The notes: generated by a model from the sequence alone, not told the origin. DNA of 64,000 nucleotides from Torpedo marmorata (GCA_977017645.1 OZ360223.1:118544001-118608000), one strand, 5' to 3'. Counted from the first letter of the stretch, positions 23,503 through 36,601 are shown. Program-made: numbers and translations.

Positions 23503-23710
23503 GAGAGACTGCAGACGCTGGAATATGGAGCAGAAAACAATCTGATGGAGGAATTCAGTGGGTCGAGCAGCATCAGTGGGAAAAAAAGAATGGTCGACGT
23601 TTCAGGTCGGAACCCTTCATCAAGACTGGATGAAGGGTTCTGACCTGAATCTTCATTTTTTTTCTCCCAACAAGTTCCTCCAGCAGATTGTTTTTTGTGC
23701 TCCATAGACT
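23503..23710. repeat. Palindromic Penelope-derived element (two inverted terminal segments)
   Basis: ttcaggtcggaacccttcatc-aagactg-gatgaagggttctgacctgaa central inverted repeat. Outer arms ggagcagaaaacaatctg / cagattgttttttgtgctcc. Confidence 0.7.
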
Positions 23711-23799
23711 GCTCTTGTGGTTTGTTGCAGCTCCTGCTTTTCCAATCTCTCTAAATGCCTCTGCTGATCAGAGACTTTAAAGAATGAAAAGAATGACGA

Positions 23800-24613
23800 T
23801 CCAAGGTTCCAAGTTCCTTTTATTGTCATGTAATAATACATAAAAATATAATATACATGATATACTTCCACTTTTGTCTGCCATAAGGCAATCAAAGAGT
23901 CACCATGAGCATTGCCTGGTGCCCCGAACAATAAGAGAAGCAGAAGCAAAAGAGAATCCCTCAAAGACAATAAGTGTCCGTGAATTCACCTCCAGGGCTC
24001 CTGCAGCCTTTGCAGCTACACAGACTCCTGTTCAAACCATTGGCAACGTGAGCTCCAGATCCAAACCTCCAATACGACCAGGAAGCCTTCTGCACCTTAG
24101 GCCCTTCAGGAGCCTTTCTTGCCCTCTGCACCCTCTCGAATCCTGGTTCCAATATCTGGTTCCCATGAGCTAGTCTCCAGCAGCCCGCAGCCTGGGTGGG
24201 TCCTTCGACCGCAGTCGCCAACATCCCGTAGCCTATGCGACTCCTTCAGCTGCTGAGCACCTCGCTGGTCTGCTGCTGCGGTCACGTTCCCTGTAGGGTC
24301 ATCTCCCATACTTCTCCTTCTTAACAGGGGGTGTTCTCCCCATTTCTGGTGCTCTGCGAATGTCCGCTGCTTCCCGGGAGTCTGCAACCCCTCGTGGTAC
24401 ACTGCCCAGCACAGGCACCGGCATCTTGGGCGTAGACCTCTATGGGTGCAGGATTTAACAAAAAACACAGTCGACCCCTTTAGCAAGCCGTTTAATCCTG
24501 TAGAGACCCAGGCAGTAGGACCCTGAGGAGCAGCGCTGTGTCTCCGCTCCCTGCTGCCCTGGGTCCGTACAACTGCCAATTTAACATTACAGCAACTTCG
24601 GCAGTGCCATCTT
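23800..24613 (-). mobile_element. GC-rich non-autonomous retroelement, copy 3 (diverged subfamily)
   Basis: The reverse complement starts aagatggcactgccgaagttgctgta and ends ttgccttatggcagac..tgacaataaaaggaacttggaaccttgga. Colinear with copies 1 and 2. Confidence 0.8.
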
Positions 24614-24741
24614 TTTTAAAAAAATGATTTAAAAGAAGAAAATGGGTGAAAATGTTGCCCCTCAGGTCCCCTTTAAATCATTCTCCTTTCACCTTAAATC
24701 AATATCCTTTAGTTTTAGACTTCCCTTCCGGGGAAAAAAAT

Positions 24742-26178
24742 AATCAGAATCAGAATCAGAATTTATTGTCATGAACAAATCATGAAATTCAGTGTTTTGA
24801 GGCAGCATCATAGTGCAATTAACATTCATATTATAACCATCTTACGACATTACTATAAAAATTATAAATAATAGTGCACGAAAAGTAAGGCAGTGTCTTT
24901 GGTTCATTGATTATTCAGGAATCTGATGGCAGCGGGGAAGAAGCTGTCCTTGTGCTGTTGAGTGCTCGTCTTTAGGCTCCTGTACCTTTTTCCTGATGGT
25001 AGCAGAGTGAAGAGGGCATGGCCTGGGTGCTGGGGGTCTTTGAGGATAGAGGCTGCTTTTTTAAGACACCGCCTCATGTAGATGTCCTCGATGGAGTGAA
25101 GTCTGGTGCCTGTGATGTCACAGGCCGAGTTAACAACCCTCTGGAGTTTACTCTTGTCCTGAGAGTTGGTGCCTCCATACCAGGCAGTAATGCAACCAGC
25201 CAGAATGCTCTCCATGGTACACCTGTAGAAGTTTACGAGAGTCTTCGGTGACATACCAAATCTCCTCAGACACCTCACAAAGTATAGCCGCTGACGAGCC
25301 TTCTTTGTGATTGCATCAACATGGAGGCTCCAGGACAGATCCTCGGAGATGTTGACACCCAGGAATTTGAAGTTCTTGACCCTCTCCACTACTGAGCCCT
25401 CGATGAGGACTGGTTCGTGTTCCCCTGACTTCCTCCTGAAGTCCACAATCATCTCCTTGGTTTTGCTGACGTTGAGCTCAAGGTTGTTGTCGTTACATCA
25501 TTCAACGAGTTGATCTATCTCCCTCCTGTACGCTTCCTCATTGCCGTTTGTGATTCTGCCGACAACTGTGGTGTCATCGGCAAACTTGTAGATGGCATTG
25601 GAATTGTGCCTGGCCACACAGTCATGGGTGTATAACGAGTAGAGCAGTGGACTAAGCACGCATCCTTGGGGTGCGCCTGTGTTGATAATCAGTGAGGAGG
25701 AGATGTTTCCAATTCGTACTGACTGTGGTCTTCCGATGAGAAAGTCAAGGATCCAGTTGAAGAGTGGGGTACAGAGGCCTAGAGTTTGTAGCTTCTTGAC
25801 CAGCACTGAGGGAATAATGGTATTGAAGGCCGAGCTATAGTCGATGAAGAGCAGCCATATGTATGAATTGCTGTTTTCGAGGTGATCCAGAGCTGAGTGG
25901 AGAACCAGCGATATTGTATCTGCTGTGGAGCGATTGTGGCGATAGGCGAATTGCAGTGGGTCCAGATCTTTGCTTAGGTATGTGTTAATTCTGGCCATGA
26001 CCAGCCTCTCAAAGCATTTCATCACAGTAGAAGTTAGTGCTACTGGGCGGTAGTCGTTGAGGCAGCTCACACTACTCTTCTTGGGTACCGGGATGATTGA
26101 TGCCCTTTTGAAGCAGGTGGGAACCTGAGTGCCGCAATGAGAGGTTGAGAATGTCCGTGAACACTCCGGCTAGTTGGT
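24742..26178 (-). mobile_element. Rex1/Babar LINE, 5'-truncated
   Basis: ORFs 25498-26070 and 24904-25452 (RT split by a stop codon), plus an (ATTCTG)n tail. Confidence 0.93.
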
Positions 26179-26667
26179 CCCAAAAAAGGATTGCATCCAT
26201 TCAAATGAATAAAGGAATGAAGCATTTATTGTCATGTACATAAGTACAATGTACAGGTGCAATGATAATCTTACTTATGGTCTTAAGGGAAGTAGAAATT
26301 CTGCCCAGCCTGCAGGAAAAAACATCTCAGGTTTCTATGTAATGTTTTGTATGTACTCGAACAATAAATTTGAACTTTGACTTTGTTACTTGGTGGTGCA
26401 AGATGTGCTATATCAGTAGTGCAGACAGAGCTTTAGTTGTCTTGGAGCTGTGTTATGGTTACAGAGAAGTTCAACAATAAATTTATCTCATGTAAATTAA
26501 ATTAAAACATCACTGCTGATTGAAATTTTAAAAACAATCAAGCACCTTATCATCTTCATTTAAGAAATAAACACGAAAATCTGTAGACACCGTAATAATG
26601 TAGTAAAAAACACAAAAGCTGGAGAACTCAGCAGGTCAAACAGTGTCTTTTATGTAGCAAAGATAGA

Positions 26668-26712
26668 AATACATAACCGACGTTTCGGGCTTGAGCCCTT
26701 CATCAAAGTATG
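26668..26712 (-). ncRNA. Minimal hammerhead-ribozyme-like motif in the Penelope terminus
   Basis: The minus strand reads catac-TTTGATGA-agggctcaagccc-GAAAC-gtcg-GTT-atgtat: a (C/U)UGAUGA box, stem II and a GAAA box. A matching copy lies at 42238-42282. Penelope-like elements are known to carry minimal hammerheads. Confidence 0.6.
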
Positions 26713-26897
26713 AGAAAATGCCGGCAGGCGTCCGAACAAAGGAGTGAGGGGGAAGGGGGGTGGCAAAGGCAGGAGATGATAGGTGGAGAAAGGAGGGAGG
26801 GGACAGCAGCAAAGAGGGGGAGGAGGGATGGCTGGGTGGGTGGAAAAAAAACAGGAAGGACAGGTGAGGGGGGAGGGGAAGGGAACAACAAACAGGT

Positions 26898-28568
26898 TTA
26901 GTGGAAAGCAGAAAAGTCAATGTTAATGCCATCTGGCTGGAGAGTGCCGAGACGGAATATGAGATGTTGTTCCTCCAATTTGCGGGTAGTCTGGGTGGGA
27001 TAGTACATGAGGCCATGGACAGACATGTGAGCGTGGGAGTGTGACCCAGAATTGAAATGGTTGGCTACTGGGAGGTCGCTGTTGTTGCGGACGGAGAGGA
27101 GATGCTCAGCAAAGCGGTCTCCCATTCTACGACCGGTCTCTCCAATGTATAGAAAGCCACAAAGGGAGCACCGGATGCAGTAGATAAGTCCTTTGGATAT
27201 ACAAGTGAAGTGTAGTTTCACTTGGAAGGCCTGTTTGGGGCCCTGGACCGTGGTGAGGGGGAAGGTTTGGGCGCAGGTGTTGCACCTCCTGCGGGCACAG
27301 GGGAAGTTTCCGGGGGTAGGATGGGTGGGGAGGGACGAGTGCACGAGTGAATCGCGGAGGGAGCGGTCCCTACGGAAGGCTGAGAGGGGAGGAGAAGGAA
27401 AAATGTGTCTGGTGGTGGGATCCTGCAGCAAGTGCTGGAAATTCCGGCGGATAATGTGTTGGACGCGGAGGCTGGTGGGGTGGTAGGTGAGGATGAGGGG
27501 TACTCTATGTTTGTTGCGTCTGGGGTCAGAGGGGGCCAGGGCAGATGAGCGGGAAATGGAGGAGATGCGGGTGAGGGCTGAGTTGATGGTGGTGGAGGGG
27601 AAGCCACGTTTGTGGAAAAAGGCAGACATTTCAGAAGATCTGGAGTGGAACACCTCATCTTGGGAACAGATGCGGCGGAGGCGGAGAAATTGAGAGAAGG
27701 GGATGGAGTCCTTGCAGGGGACAGGGTGTGAGGATGTGTAGTCCAGATAGTTGTGGGAGTTGGAGGGTTTGTAGTAAATGTCGGTGGAAAGCTTGTCTCC
27801 CGAGATGGAGACAGAGAGATCCAGGAAGGGGAGAGTGTTATCGGAGATGGACCAGGTGAGTTTGAGATCGTGGTGAAAGTTGGATGCGAAGTGGATGAAG
27901 TTGACAAGCTCATCGTGGGTGCATGAGGCAGCCCCGATGTAGTCGTCGATATACCGGAGGAAGAGATGAGGGGTCTTGCCTGTGTAGGCTTGCAGCATAG
28001 ATTGCTCCACAAAGCCCACAAACAGGCAGGCGTAGCTGGGACCCATGCGGGTACCCATGGCTACTCCTTTGATTTGGAGGAAGTGGGATGAGTTGAAGGA
28101 GAAGTTATTGAGAGTGAGGACAAGTTCTGCCAGGCGGAGGAGGGTGGTGGTAGAGGGTGACTGGTCGGGTCTTTGGTCCAGGAAGAAGCGAAGTGCTTTC
28201 AGACCTTCTGTGTGGGGGATAGAGGTATAAAGGGATTGGACATCCATGGTGAAGATGATGCGGTCCGGTTCAGGGAATCTGAAGTCATTGAGGAGATGGA
28301 GGGCATGTGAGGTGTCGCGGATGTAGGTGGGGAGGGATTGGACCAGGGGAGAAAAGATGGAGTCAAGGTAAGATGAAACTAGTTCGGTGGGGCAGGAGCA
28401 GGCAGAAACAATGGGTCTGCCCGGATGGTTGGGTTTGTGTATCTTGGGTGGAAGGTAGAAACGGGCAGTGCGGGGGTGGGGGAGAATGAGGTTGGTGGCC
28501 GTGGAGGGGAGGTGACCGTAGGTGATGAGGTCGGAGATGGTGTTGGAGACAGTGGCTTGATGTGCTTG
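26898..28568 (-). CDS. Penelope-like RT + GIY-YIG endonuclease, uninterrupted ~555 codons (native N-terminus missing)
   Basis: PKIHK..PGRPIVS, MDVQSLYTSIP, GVAMGTRMGPSYA, RYIDD, CARRRCNTC, GLIYCIRC..YIGETGRR. Confidence 0.9.
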   Translation of the reverse strand, partial: QAHQATVSNTISDLITYGHLPSTATNLILPHPRTARFYLPPKIHKPNHPGRPIVSACSCPTELVSSYLDSIFSPLVQSLPTYIRDTSHALHLLNDFRFPEPDRIIFTMDVQSLYTSIPHTEGLKALRFFLDQRPDQSPSTTTLLRLAELVLTLNNFSFNSSHFLQIKGVAMGTRMGPSYACLFVGFVEQSMLQAYTGKTPHLFLRYIDDYIGAASCTHDELVNFIHFASNFHHDLKLTWSISDNTLPFLDLSVSISGDKLSTDIYYKPSNSHNYLDYTSSHPVPCKDSIPFSQFLRLRRICSQDEVFHSRSSEMSAFFHKRGFPSTTINSALTRISSISRSSALAPSDPRRNKHRVPLILTYHPTSLRVQHIIRRNFQHLLQDPTTRHIFPSPPLSAFRRDRSLRDSLVHSSLPTHPTPGNFPCARRRCNTCAQTFPLTTVQGPKQAFQVKLHFTCISKGLIYCIRCSLCGFLYIGETGRRMGDRFAEHLLSVRNNSDLPVANHFNSGSHSHAHMSVHGLMYYPTQTTRKLEEQHLIFRLGTLQPDGINIDFSAFH

Positions 28569-30631
28569 ATCATCTTCATTTAGTTCAGTGCCTCCATTCA
28601 AATGAGTGTGATCCATGCGATATTATACTGGCAATGATTGGGACAAATCTGGGGCTTGATACCAAGCATATCTGCCACTCAATTAAGGATGATCAGGAAC
28701 TGCCCCTGACAAAGAACAAGAGTTCAGCTAACCACAGAATAACACTGTATGGAAGGGCATCATTGGCGGAAGAGCTCGAGTGAACTCTCCTTAAATGTTT
28801 GTTCACCACTCAGGTGCAGAGGCAGAACTTTCAATGCGTGCACATGGAGCTGATCATTTTGAACTGCAGAGTTTTCTGTCAGTTTTCATCGATTATCTCT
28901 GCAGGTGCTGACATATGCAGATGCGGAAGTCCTAAACTATTGACTCACAGACTGAATCTCGCCAAAAGTGGCTCGCAACCAGCCCAATGCAGCCTCATAA
29001 TTGTAGGGATCAGTGGCTGTGCTAAACCACCAGGGCAGGCATGTTCCATTACCCATTGCATTTTGCAATGTTTTTCAACATCCCTTTGGAGAGCTTTGAC
29101 ATCTTTATTTTCTCATCATGTTACTCAAAATGGTAAAAAAGTTTTATTGTAGTGAGGAGTACCAGGTCCTCTCTGGGATCAGTACACAAGTTCTTTCTCA
29201 GGCTGTTATTATTTTATGGCTTTTAGTGTAACAGGTTTCTGTAGTCTAAATACCCAGTGTCCAATAGGCAGTGTGCTGGGTTGAGTTAAGATAGTTAAAA
29301 ACCTTCAGGTGTCAGACAACATCTGAACCCCATTTACAATGGTCATGTTTCAAACTAAAGTTGATTTTATCTACATTTTCGGCATGTTTCCATGCAAAAT
29401 AAGTTTTCACTCAGAAATTTCCACTGTACAATGAACCACCTTCTGAGTCATTTTCAAAAGCAGCATATTGTCCTGGACCACTCGTTCATTCTTCAGCGGA
29501 GAACCTCATGGACAGTTAAGATTCGAGTTCAAATTAATTATTTGATTCATGTAACCACCAGAAAACTCTACAGGTTTAAATGATGCTACAATCAGCTCGA
29601 TGCACAAGCATTGGGAGTGCTGGCTTTGCACCAGAGTAGAGGAAAAAAATAAGAAGAGTTCTATCTTGCCATTCTGCCAGTGCTTCCCTTCCAAATTGTG
29701 TTATGCAATTAAATGCCACCATGACAGTGTCCATCTGGACATATTTAATCACAAATATTGGACCTAGTTTCTGTTGTTTCCACTGACATATGGACTTTTC
29801 AACAAAGCGCCTTGTCTAGGCTTATGAAAATAAACAATGAGTTGTGGAGGTACTCAATGGGTCAGGCAGCATCCATCCTTTCAAGGTTCTGCCCGATACA
29901 TTGATGACTATAGTGAAACAAGAAAGTCCGCAGATGCTGTGATTGTAGTTTACAATCTACAATTTATATGAAGCCTCTCCTTTGTCCCCCTTCACCACAT
30001 CACCTTTGTCCGTCTTTGCCCACACCTCAACGAGTTCCGCTCATGCCTCGATGCCAAACTCTTCTGTCATCTCCACCTATGTGCCTACTTCTTCCACCAG
30101 GATTCTCCATCCCTACTTAAAACTCCTTTTTCCGCCTTAAACCTTCTTCCTCCTCTTGGACTCCTCGTTCTGGCTTTCTGCCCACTCTGTATCTTTATAT
30201 TTCTAACTGCCACGGAGGCGTCAACCATCTGACTTCACCACTTTCCTCACTTATTCTAATCTCATCCCCTCTGAAAGCTCTGCCCTCCACTCTCTCTGCA
30301 CAATCTTCACCTCATGATTAAACCTGCAGACAAGGGTGGTGCAGTTATGGTTTGGCACACTAACCTCTACCTTGCTGAGGCCAGACGACAGCTCTCAGAC
30401 ACCTTCTCTAACTTACCCCTTGTACAGGACCCCACCAAAAAACATCAAGCCATCGTCTCACACACCATCTCTGACCTCATCACTTCCAGTCATCTTCCTA
30501 AAAAAAGCCTCTAACCTCATTGTTTCCCAACCCTGCAGTGCCCAGTTCTACCTCCTACTGAAGATGCACAAACCCAATTGTCCTGGTAGATCCATTGTTT
30601 CCATGTGCTCCTGCCCCACCGAACTGGTATC

Positions 30632-33600
30632 TGTAATATGGAAGGTCATGTGTGTCACGTGATCCTACCAGTGGGTACATAGTCGGAAGTCACCTCACGT
30701 GCCAATCAAGGTCAGGCTCTGCCCACAGATTAGTGCACACCTGACCATTAGCCCATTTAATCACCTAACCCACACCTGGGCCAGACTCTCCAGCCAATTG
30801 CACTATAAAGCTCACCACGTGTAGACCATCTGCCTCTTTTTCCCTCTTCCCCTGGGACGAACTCCAGCTCCACTCCAGGTTGTGAACAATGGGCGATGCT
30901 GGAGAATCATTGGTAAGGTGTGCGCTAACAAAGAGTTGTGAGCTGTAGTATTGTGTACGTAGAGATCACCATTCCTCGTTTAGTTTAGTTAAGAGCCATG
31001 CCTGTACTCTATCAAGGGGTGGCGGGTATTGAATTGTATTCCTTGACTGTAAAGTCGGCGAGGAGAGGCGGAGGCACAGGTAAAAAAGGGTGAGTTTTTC
31101 ATTCTTTTCATTTAATTTTACGTTGGCAGAAGAGTTTGATTTTAGGCATGGCAGGTGAGCTCAGACCTGTGTCATGCTCCTCCTGTGCTATGTGGGAACT
31201 CAGGGATACTGACAGTGTCCCTGGGGGCTACGTGTGCAGGAAGTGTGTCCAGCTGCAGCTCCTGATTGACCGCATGACGGCACTGGAGCTGCATGTGGAC
31301 TCACTTTGGAGCATCCGGGATGCTAAGATGGTGGTGGAGAGCACCTTCAGTGAATTAGTCACACCGCAGCTTCAGAGAGTAGAGAAAGATAGGGACTGGG
31401 TGATCAAAGGTAAGAGTAGTAGTAGGAAGGTCGTGCAGGAGTCTCCTGCGGTCATCTCCCTCCAAAACGGATATACCGCTTTGGATATTGTTGGGGGAGA
31501 TGGCCCATCAGGAGAAGGCAGCAGTAGCCAGGGTCATGGCACAGTGAGTGGCTCTGCTGTGCAAGAGGGCGGGAAAAAGAGCGGTAGGACAATAGTCATA
31601 GGGGATTCCATGGTAAGGGGAATAGACAGGAGCTTCTGTGGCCGCAAATGGGACTCCCGGTTGGTGTGTTGCCTCCCGGTGCAAGGGTCAGGGATGTCTC
31701 GGAGCAGCTGCAGGACATTCTGAATGGGGAGGGTGAACAGCCAACTGTCGTGGTCCATATTGGTACCAACGACATAGGAAGAAAGCGGGATGAGGTCCGA
31801 CAAGCAGAATTTAGTGAGCTAGGAAGGAAGTTAAGGAGTAGGACCTCAAGGGTAATAATCTCTGGATTATTGCCGGTGCCACGAGCTAGTCAGAGTAGTA
31901 ATAGCAGGATAGATAGAATGAATATGTGGCTTGAACAATGGTGTAGGAGGGAGGAGTTCAGATTCTTGGGGCATTGGAATCGGTTCTGGGACAATGGGAT
32001 CAGTACAAACAGGACGGTCTACATCTGGGCAGGGCTGGGATCAATATCCTTGGGAGAGTGTTTGCTAGTGCTGTTGGGGAAGGTTTAATGTGGCAGGGGG
32101 ATGGGATCAGGAGTAGAGAGAGACAGAAAGGTGTAGCATGAGGGTAGAAACCAAAGATAGCAGGGTGAAAAGCAAAAGTGGCAGGCAGGTAAACGCGGGG
32201 CAAAAATCAAAAGGCCACTTTTCAACATAATGGTAAAAGGGTTAAAACTGTGGTAACAACAAGTTTGAAGGCTTTATGTCTTAATGCAAGGAGTATTCGT
32301 AATAAGGTGGATGATTTGAATGTGCAGATAGCTATTAATGAATATGATATAGTTGGGACCACAGAGACATGACTTCAAGGGGACCAAGGCTGGGAGCTCA
32401 ACATCCATGGATTTTCAATATTCAGGAGGGACAGACAGAAAGGAAAAGGAGGTGGGGTAGCGTTGTTGGTTAGAGAAGAGTTAAACGCAATAGAAAGGAA
32501 GGATATTAGCTTGGAGTATGTGGAATCAATATGGGTAGAGCTGCAAAACACAAAGGAGCAGAAGACGCTAGTGGGAGTTGTATATAGGCCACCTAACAGT
32601 GGTCGAGAGGTTGGGGGTGGCATTAAACAAGAAATTGGAAATGCGTGCAACAAAGGTAAGGCAGTTATAATGGGTGACTTTAATCTACATATTGACTGAG
32701 TGAACCAAATTGGTAAGGGTACTGAGGAGGAGGATTTCATAGAATGTATACGGGATAGTTTTCTAACCCAGCATGTTGAGGAACCAACGAGGGAACAGGC
32801 CATTCTAGACTGGGTACTGAGTAATGAGGAAGGGTTAGTTAACAATCTTGTGGTGAGAAGCCCCTTGGGCAAGAGTGACCACAATATGGTGGAATTTTAC
32901 ATTAGGATGGAGAATGACAGGGTTAATTCAGTAACTTAGGTTCTGAACTTAAAGAAAGGTGACTTTGAGGGTATGAGACGCGAATTGACTAAGTTAGATT
33001 GGCAAATGATTCTTAAAGGATTAACAGTAGAAAGGCAATGGCAATCATTTAAAGATCGCCTGGATGAACTACAGCAACTGTTCATCCCTGTTTGGAAAAA
33101 GAATAACTCAAGGAGGGTAGTGCATCCATGGCTAACAAGGGAAATCAGGGAGAGTATCAAATCTAAAGAGGAAGCGTATAAACTAGCAAGGAAAAACAGT
33201 ATACCTGAGGATTAGAAGAAATTCATAATTCTGCCGAGGAAGACAAAGGGATTAATCAGGAAAGGCAAAAGAGATTATGAGAGAAAGTTGGCAGGAAACA
33301 TAAAAAATGACAGTAAAAGTTTTTATAGATACGTAAAGAGAAAGAGATTAGTTAAGACAAATGTGGGTCCCTTACAGTTAGAAACAGGTGAATTGATCAT
33401 GGGGAACAAGGACATGGCAGACCAATTGAATAACTACTTTAGTTCAGTCTTCACTAGGGAAAACACGAATAATCTTCAGGAAATAGTCGGGGACCCTGGG
33501 CCTAATGTGACGGAAAGAATGAGGGAAATAAATGTAAGTCATGAGGTTGTGTTAGATAAATTGAAGGGATTAAAGGCAGACAAATCCCCAGGGCCAGATA

Positions 33601-35299
33601 GTCTGAATCCCAGAGTGCTTAAGGAAGTAGCCCATGAAATAGTGGATGCATTAGTGATAATTTTTCAAAACTCTTTAGATTTTGGAGTCATTCCTGAGGA
33701 CTGGAGGGTGGCTAATGTGACTCCACTTTTTCAGAAGGGAGGGAGAGAGAAAACAGGGAATTATAGACCGGTTAGCCTGACATCGGTAGTGGGGAAAATG
33801 CTAGAGTCAGTTATTAAAGATGTGATTGCGGCACATCTGGAAAGTGGTGGAATCAGTGGTTTTATGAAGGGAAAATCGTGTCTGACAAATCTTATTGAAT
33901 TTTTTGAGGATGTAACTAGTAGAGTGGATAGGGGAGAACCAGTGGATGTGGTATACCTGGATTTTCAGAAGGCTTTTGATAAGGTCCCACACAGGAGATT
34001 GGTGTACAAACTTAAGGCACACGGTATAGGGGGTATGGTACTGAGGTGGATAGAAAATTGGTTGACAGATAGGAAGCAAAGAGTAGGAATAAACGGGTAC
34101 TTTTCGGAATGGCGGATAATAACTAGTGGGGTACCACAAGGCTCAGTGCTAGGACCCCAGTTATTTACAATATATATTAATGATCTAGATGAGGGAATAG
34201 AAAACAGCATTTCCAAGTTTGCAGACGACACGAAGCTGGGTGGCAGTGTTAGCTGTGTAGAGGGTGTTAAGAGGGTGCAGGGTGACTTGGACAGGTTGGG
34301 TGAGTGGGCAAATGCATGGCAGATGCAATATAATGTGGATAAGTGTGAGGTTATCCACTTTGGTGGCAAGAGTGAGAGGGCTGAGTATTATCTTAATGGT
34401 ATCTGATTAGGAAAAGGAGAGATGCAAAGAGACCTGGGTGTCGCTGTGCATCAGTCATTGAAAGTGGGCATGCAGGTGCAGCAAGCAGTAAAAAAAGCAA
34501 ATGGTATGTTGGCGTTCATATCAAGAGGATTCGAGTACAGGAGCAGAGAGGTATTGATGCAGTTGTATAGGGCTTTGGTGAGACCTCACCTGGAGTATTG
34601 TGTTCAGTTTTGGTCTCCTTATCTGAGGAAAGACATCATTGCCATAGAGAGTGCAGAAAAGGTTTACTAGATTGATACCAGGGATGGCAGGACTTGCATA
34701 TGAAGAGAGGCTGGATCGGCTAGGCTTATTCTCGCTGGAATTTAGAAGATTAAGAGGAGATCTAATAGAGATGTACAAAATTCTTCAGGGATTGGACAGG
34801 CTAGATGCAGGAAGGTTGTTCCTGATGTTGGGGAAGTCTAGAACCAGGGGTCACAGTTTAAGGATAAAGGGGAAGTCTTTTAGGACTGAGATGAGAAAAA
34901 AAAATTCACTCAGAGGGTGGTGAATTTGTGGAATTCTCTGCCACAGGAAGTAGTTGAGGCCGGTTCCTTAGCTATATTTAAGAGGGAGTTAGATTTGGCA
35001 CTTGTGACTAAGGGGATCAGGGGGTATGGAGAGAGAGCTGGTACTGGGTACTGAGTGGATGATGAGCCATGATCAAAACGAATGGCAGTGTAGGCTTGAA
35101 GGGCCAAATGGCCTACTCCTACATCTATTTTCTATGTTTCTATGTTTCTATGAGTGTGTGTGTGTGTGTGTGTGTGTGTGTATCTATTATCCCTGTTGCG
35201 ACTTCCCTACACGTGTGAAGAAAGATCACTGTTATAATCAGCCTGTGTTCAGACTTGCTGTTCTTTGGACCCATCAAACTTGTTTTCCCTCACACAACA
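30632..35299 (+). mobile_element. Solo LTR (~570 bp net) interrupted by a CR1
   Basis: TG...CA termini with a 5-bp TSD GTATC (30627-30631, 35300-35304). TATAAA at ~30804. Confidence 0.8.
31056..35152 (+). mobile_element. Near full-length CR1 LINE (ORF1 Zn-finger + SGNH esterase; ORF2 APE + RT), several stops and frameshifts
   Basis: CSSCAMW..CRKC, IGDSMVRG, HIGTND; LNARSIRNK, YRPPN, GDFN, SDHN; RT ORF 33288-34406 with KFADD; (TTTCTATG)n tail. Confidence 0.95.
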
Positions 35300-36383
35300 G
35301 TATCATCTTAATTCGATTCCATTTTGTCCCCCCTGGTCCAGTCCCTCCCTACCTACTTCCGCGATACCTCACATCCTCCATCACTTCAACAACTTCCAGT
35401 TCCCTGAAGTCGACCGTCTTATTTTCACCATGGATGTCCAATCTCTGTGCACCCCCATCCCCATTATTGAAGGTCTCAAAGCCCTTCATTTCTTTCTAAA
35501 CAACAGACTAACTCAATCCCCCTCCACCACCACCCTCCTCACTGGCAGAACTTCTCACCATCAACAACTCATTCCACTTTCTCCAAGTTAAGGGATGGCG
35601 ATGGGTACATGCATGGGTCCCAGTTATACCTGCCTTTTTGTTGGCTCTGTGGAGCAACCCATGCTACAAGCCTACAGAGGCAAGGCTCCTCAACTCTTCC
35701 TCTGCTACATTGATGACAACATTGGTGCTGCCTCATGCATCCATGATGAGCTCGTCAACTTTATCCACTTTGCTGCGAACTTCCACGCCAACCTCAAATT
35801 CACTTAGTCCATCTCTGGAGATATAAGATGTCCTCCTTCTTTAGAAAAGGTGGCTTGCCCTCTACTACCATCAATTCAGCAGTTCCCGTACATCTTCCCT
35901 GGCTCCCTCCTCCCCTAGACGCAACAAGGACAGGATTCAACAGCCTCTGCATCCAACATATTATCTTCCGCAATTTCCACAACTTACAACGTGATCCCAA
36001 CACCAGATGCACTTTCCCCTCTCGTCCCCCCTCGGCCTACAGCATGGACCGCCGCTTCCATGACTCCCTTATCCACTTACCTCATCCCTTCCCACTAATC
36101 ACCTTCTTGGTACTTACCCGTGTGACCGGAGGAAAAACTCTACTTGCACCCACACCTCCTCCCTCACCACCATTCGGGGCACTTCCAAGTGAGGCAACAC
36201 TTCACTTGTGAATCTGCAGGGGTCATCTACTTTAAATTCCGTGACCCACTCCCACACTGACATGTCTATCCATGGCTCATGCACTGCCAAGCTGAGGCCA
36301 CCAACAAATTGGAGGAACAGCACCTAATATTCCATCTGGGCACTCTCCAACCAGATGGTATTAACATTGACTTTTCCAGTTTC

Positions 36384-36601
36384 NNNNNNNNNNNNNNNNN
36401 NNNNNNNNNNNNNNNNNNNNNNNNNNNNNNNNNNNNNNNNNNNNNNNNNNNNNNNNNNNNNNNNNNNNNNNNNNNNNNNNNNNNNNNNNNNNNNNNNNNN
36501 NNNNNNNNNNNNNNNNNNNNNNNNNNNNNNNNNNNNNNNNNNNNNNNNNNNNNNNNNNNNNNNNNNNNNNNNNNNNNNNNNNNNNNNNNNNNNNNNNNNN
36601 N
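36384..36601. other. Assembly gap (run of N)
   Basis: 218 consecutive N. Confidence 1.

Larger units (their letters stand above)
26563..28568 (-). mobile_element. Young Penelope-like element, 5'-truncated
   Basis: 14-bp TSD ATCATCTTCATTTA (26549-26562, 28569-28582) and an open RT + GIY-YIG frame. Confidence 0.95.

Noticed and set aside
28583-29800. Short ORFs in unique DNA as host exons (also 12660-13750, 43200-44050)
   Set aside because: No recognisable protein similarity or consistent splice and frame pattern. They cannot be supported without transcript data.
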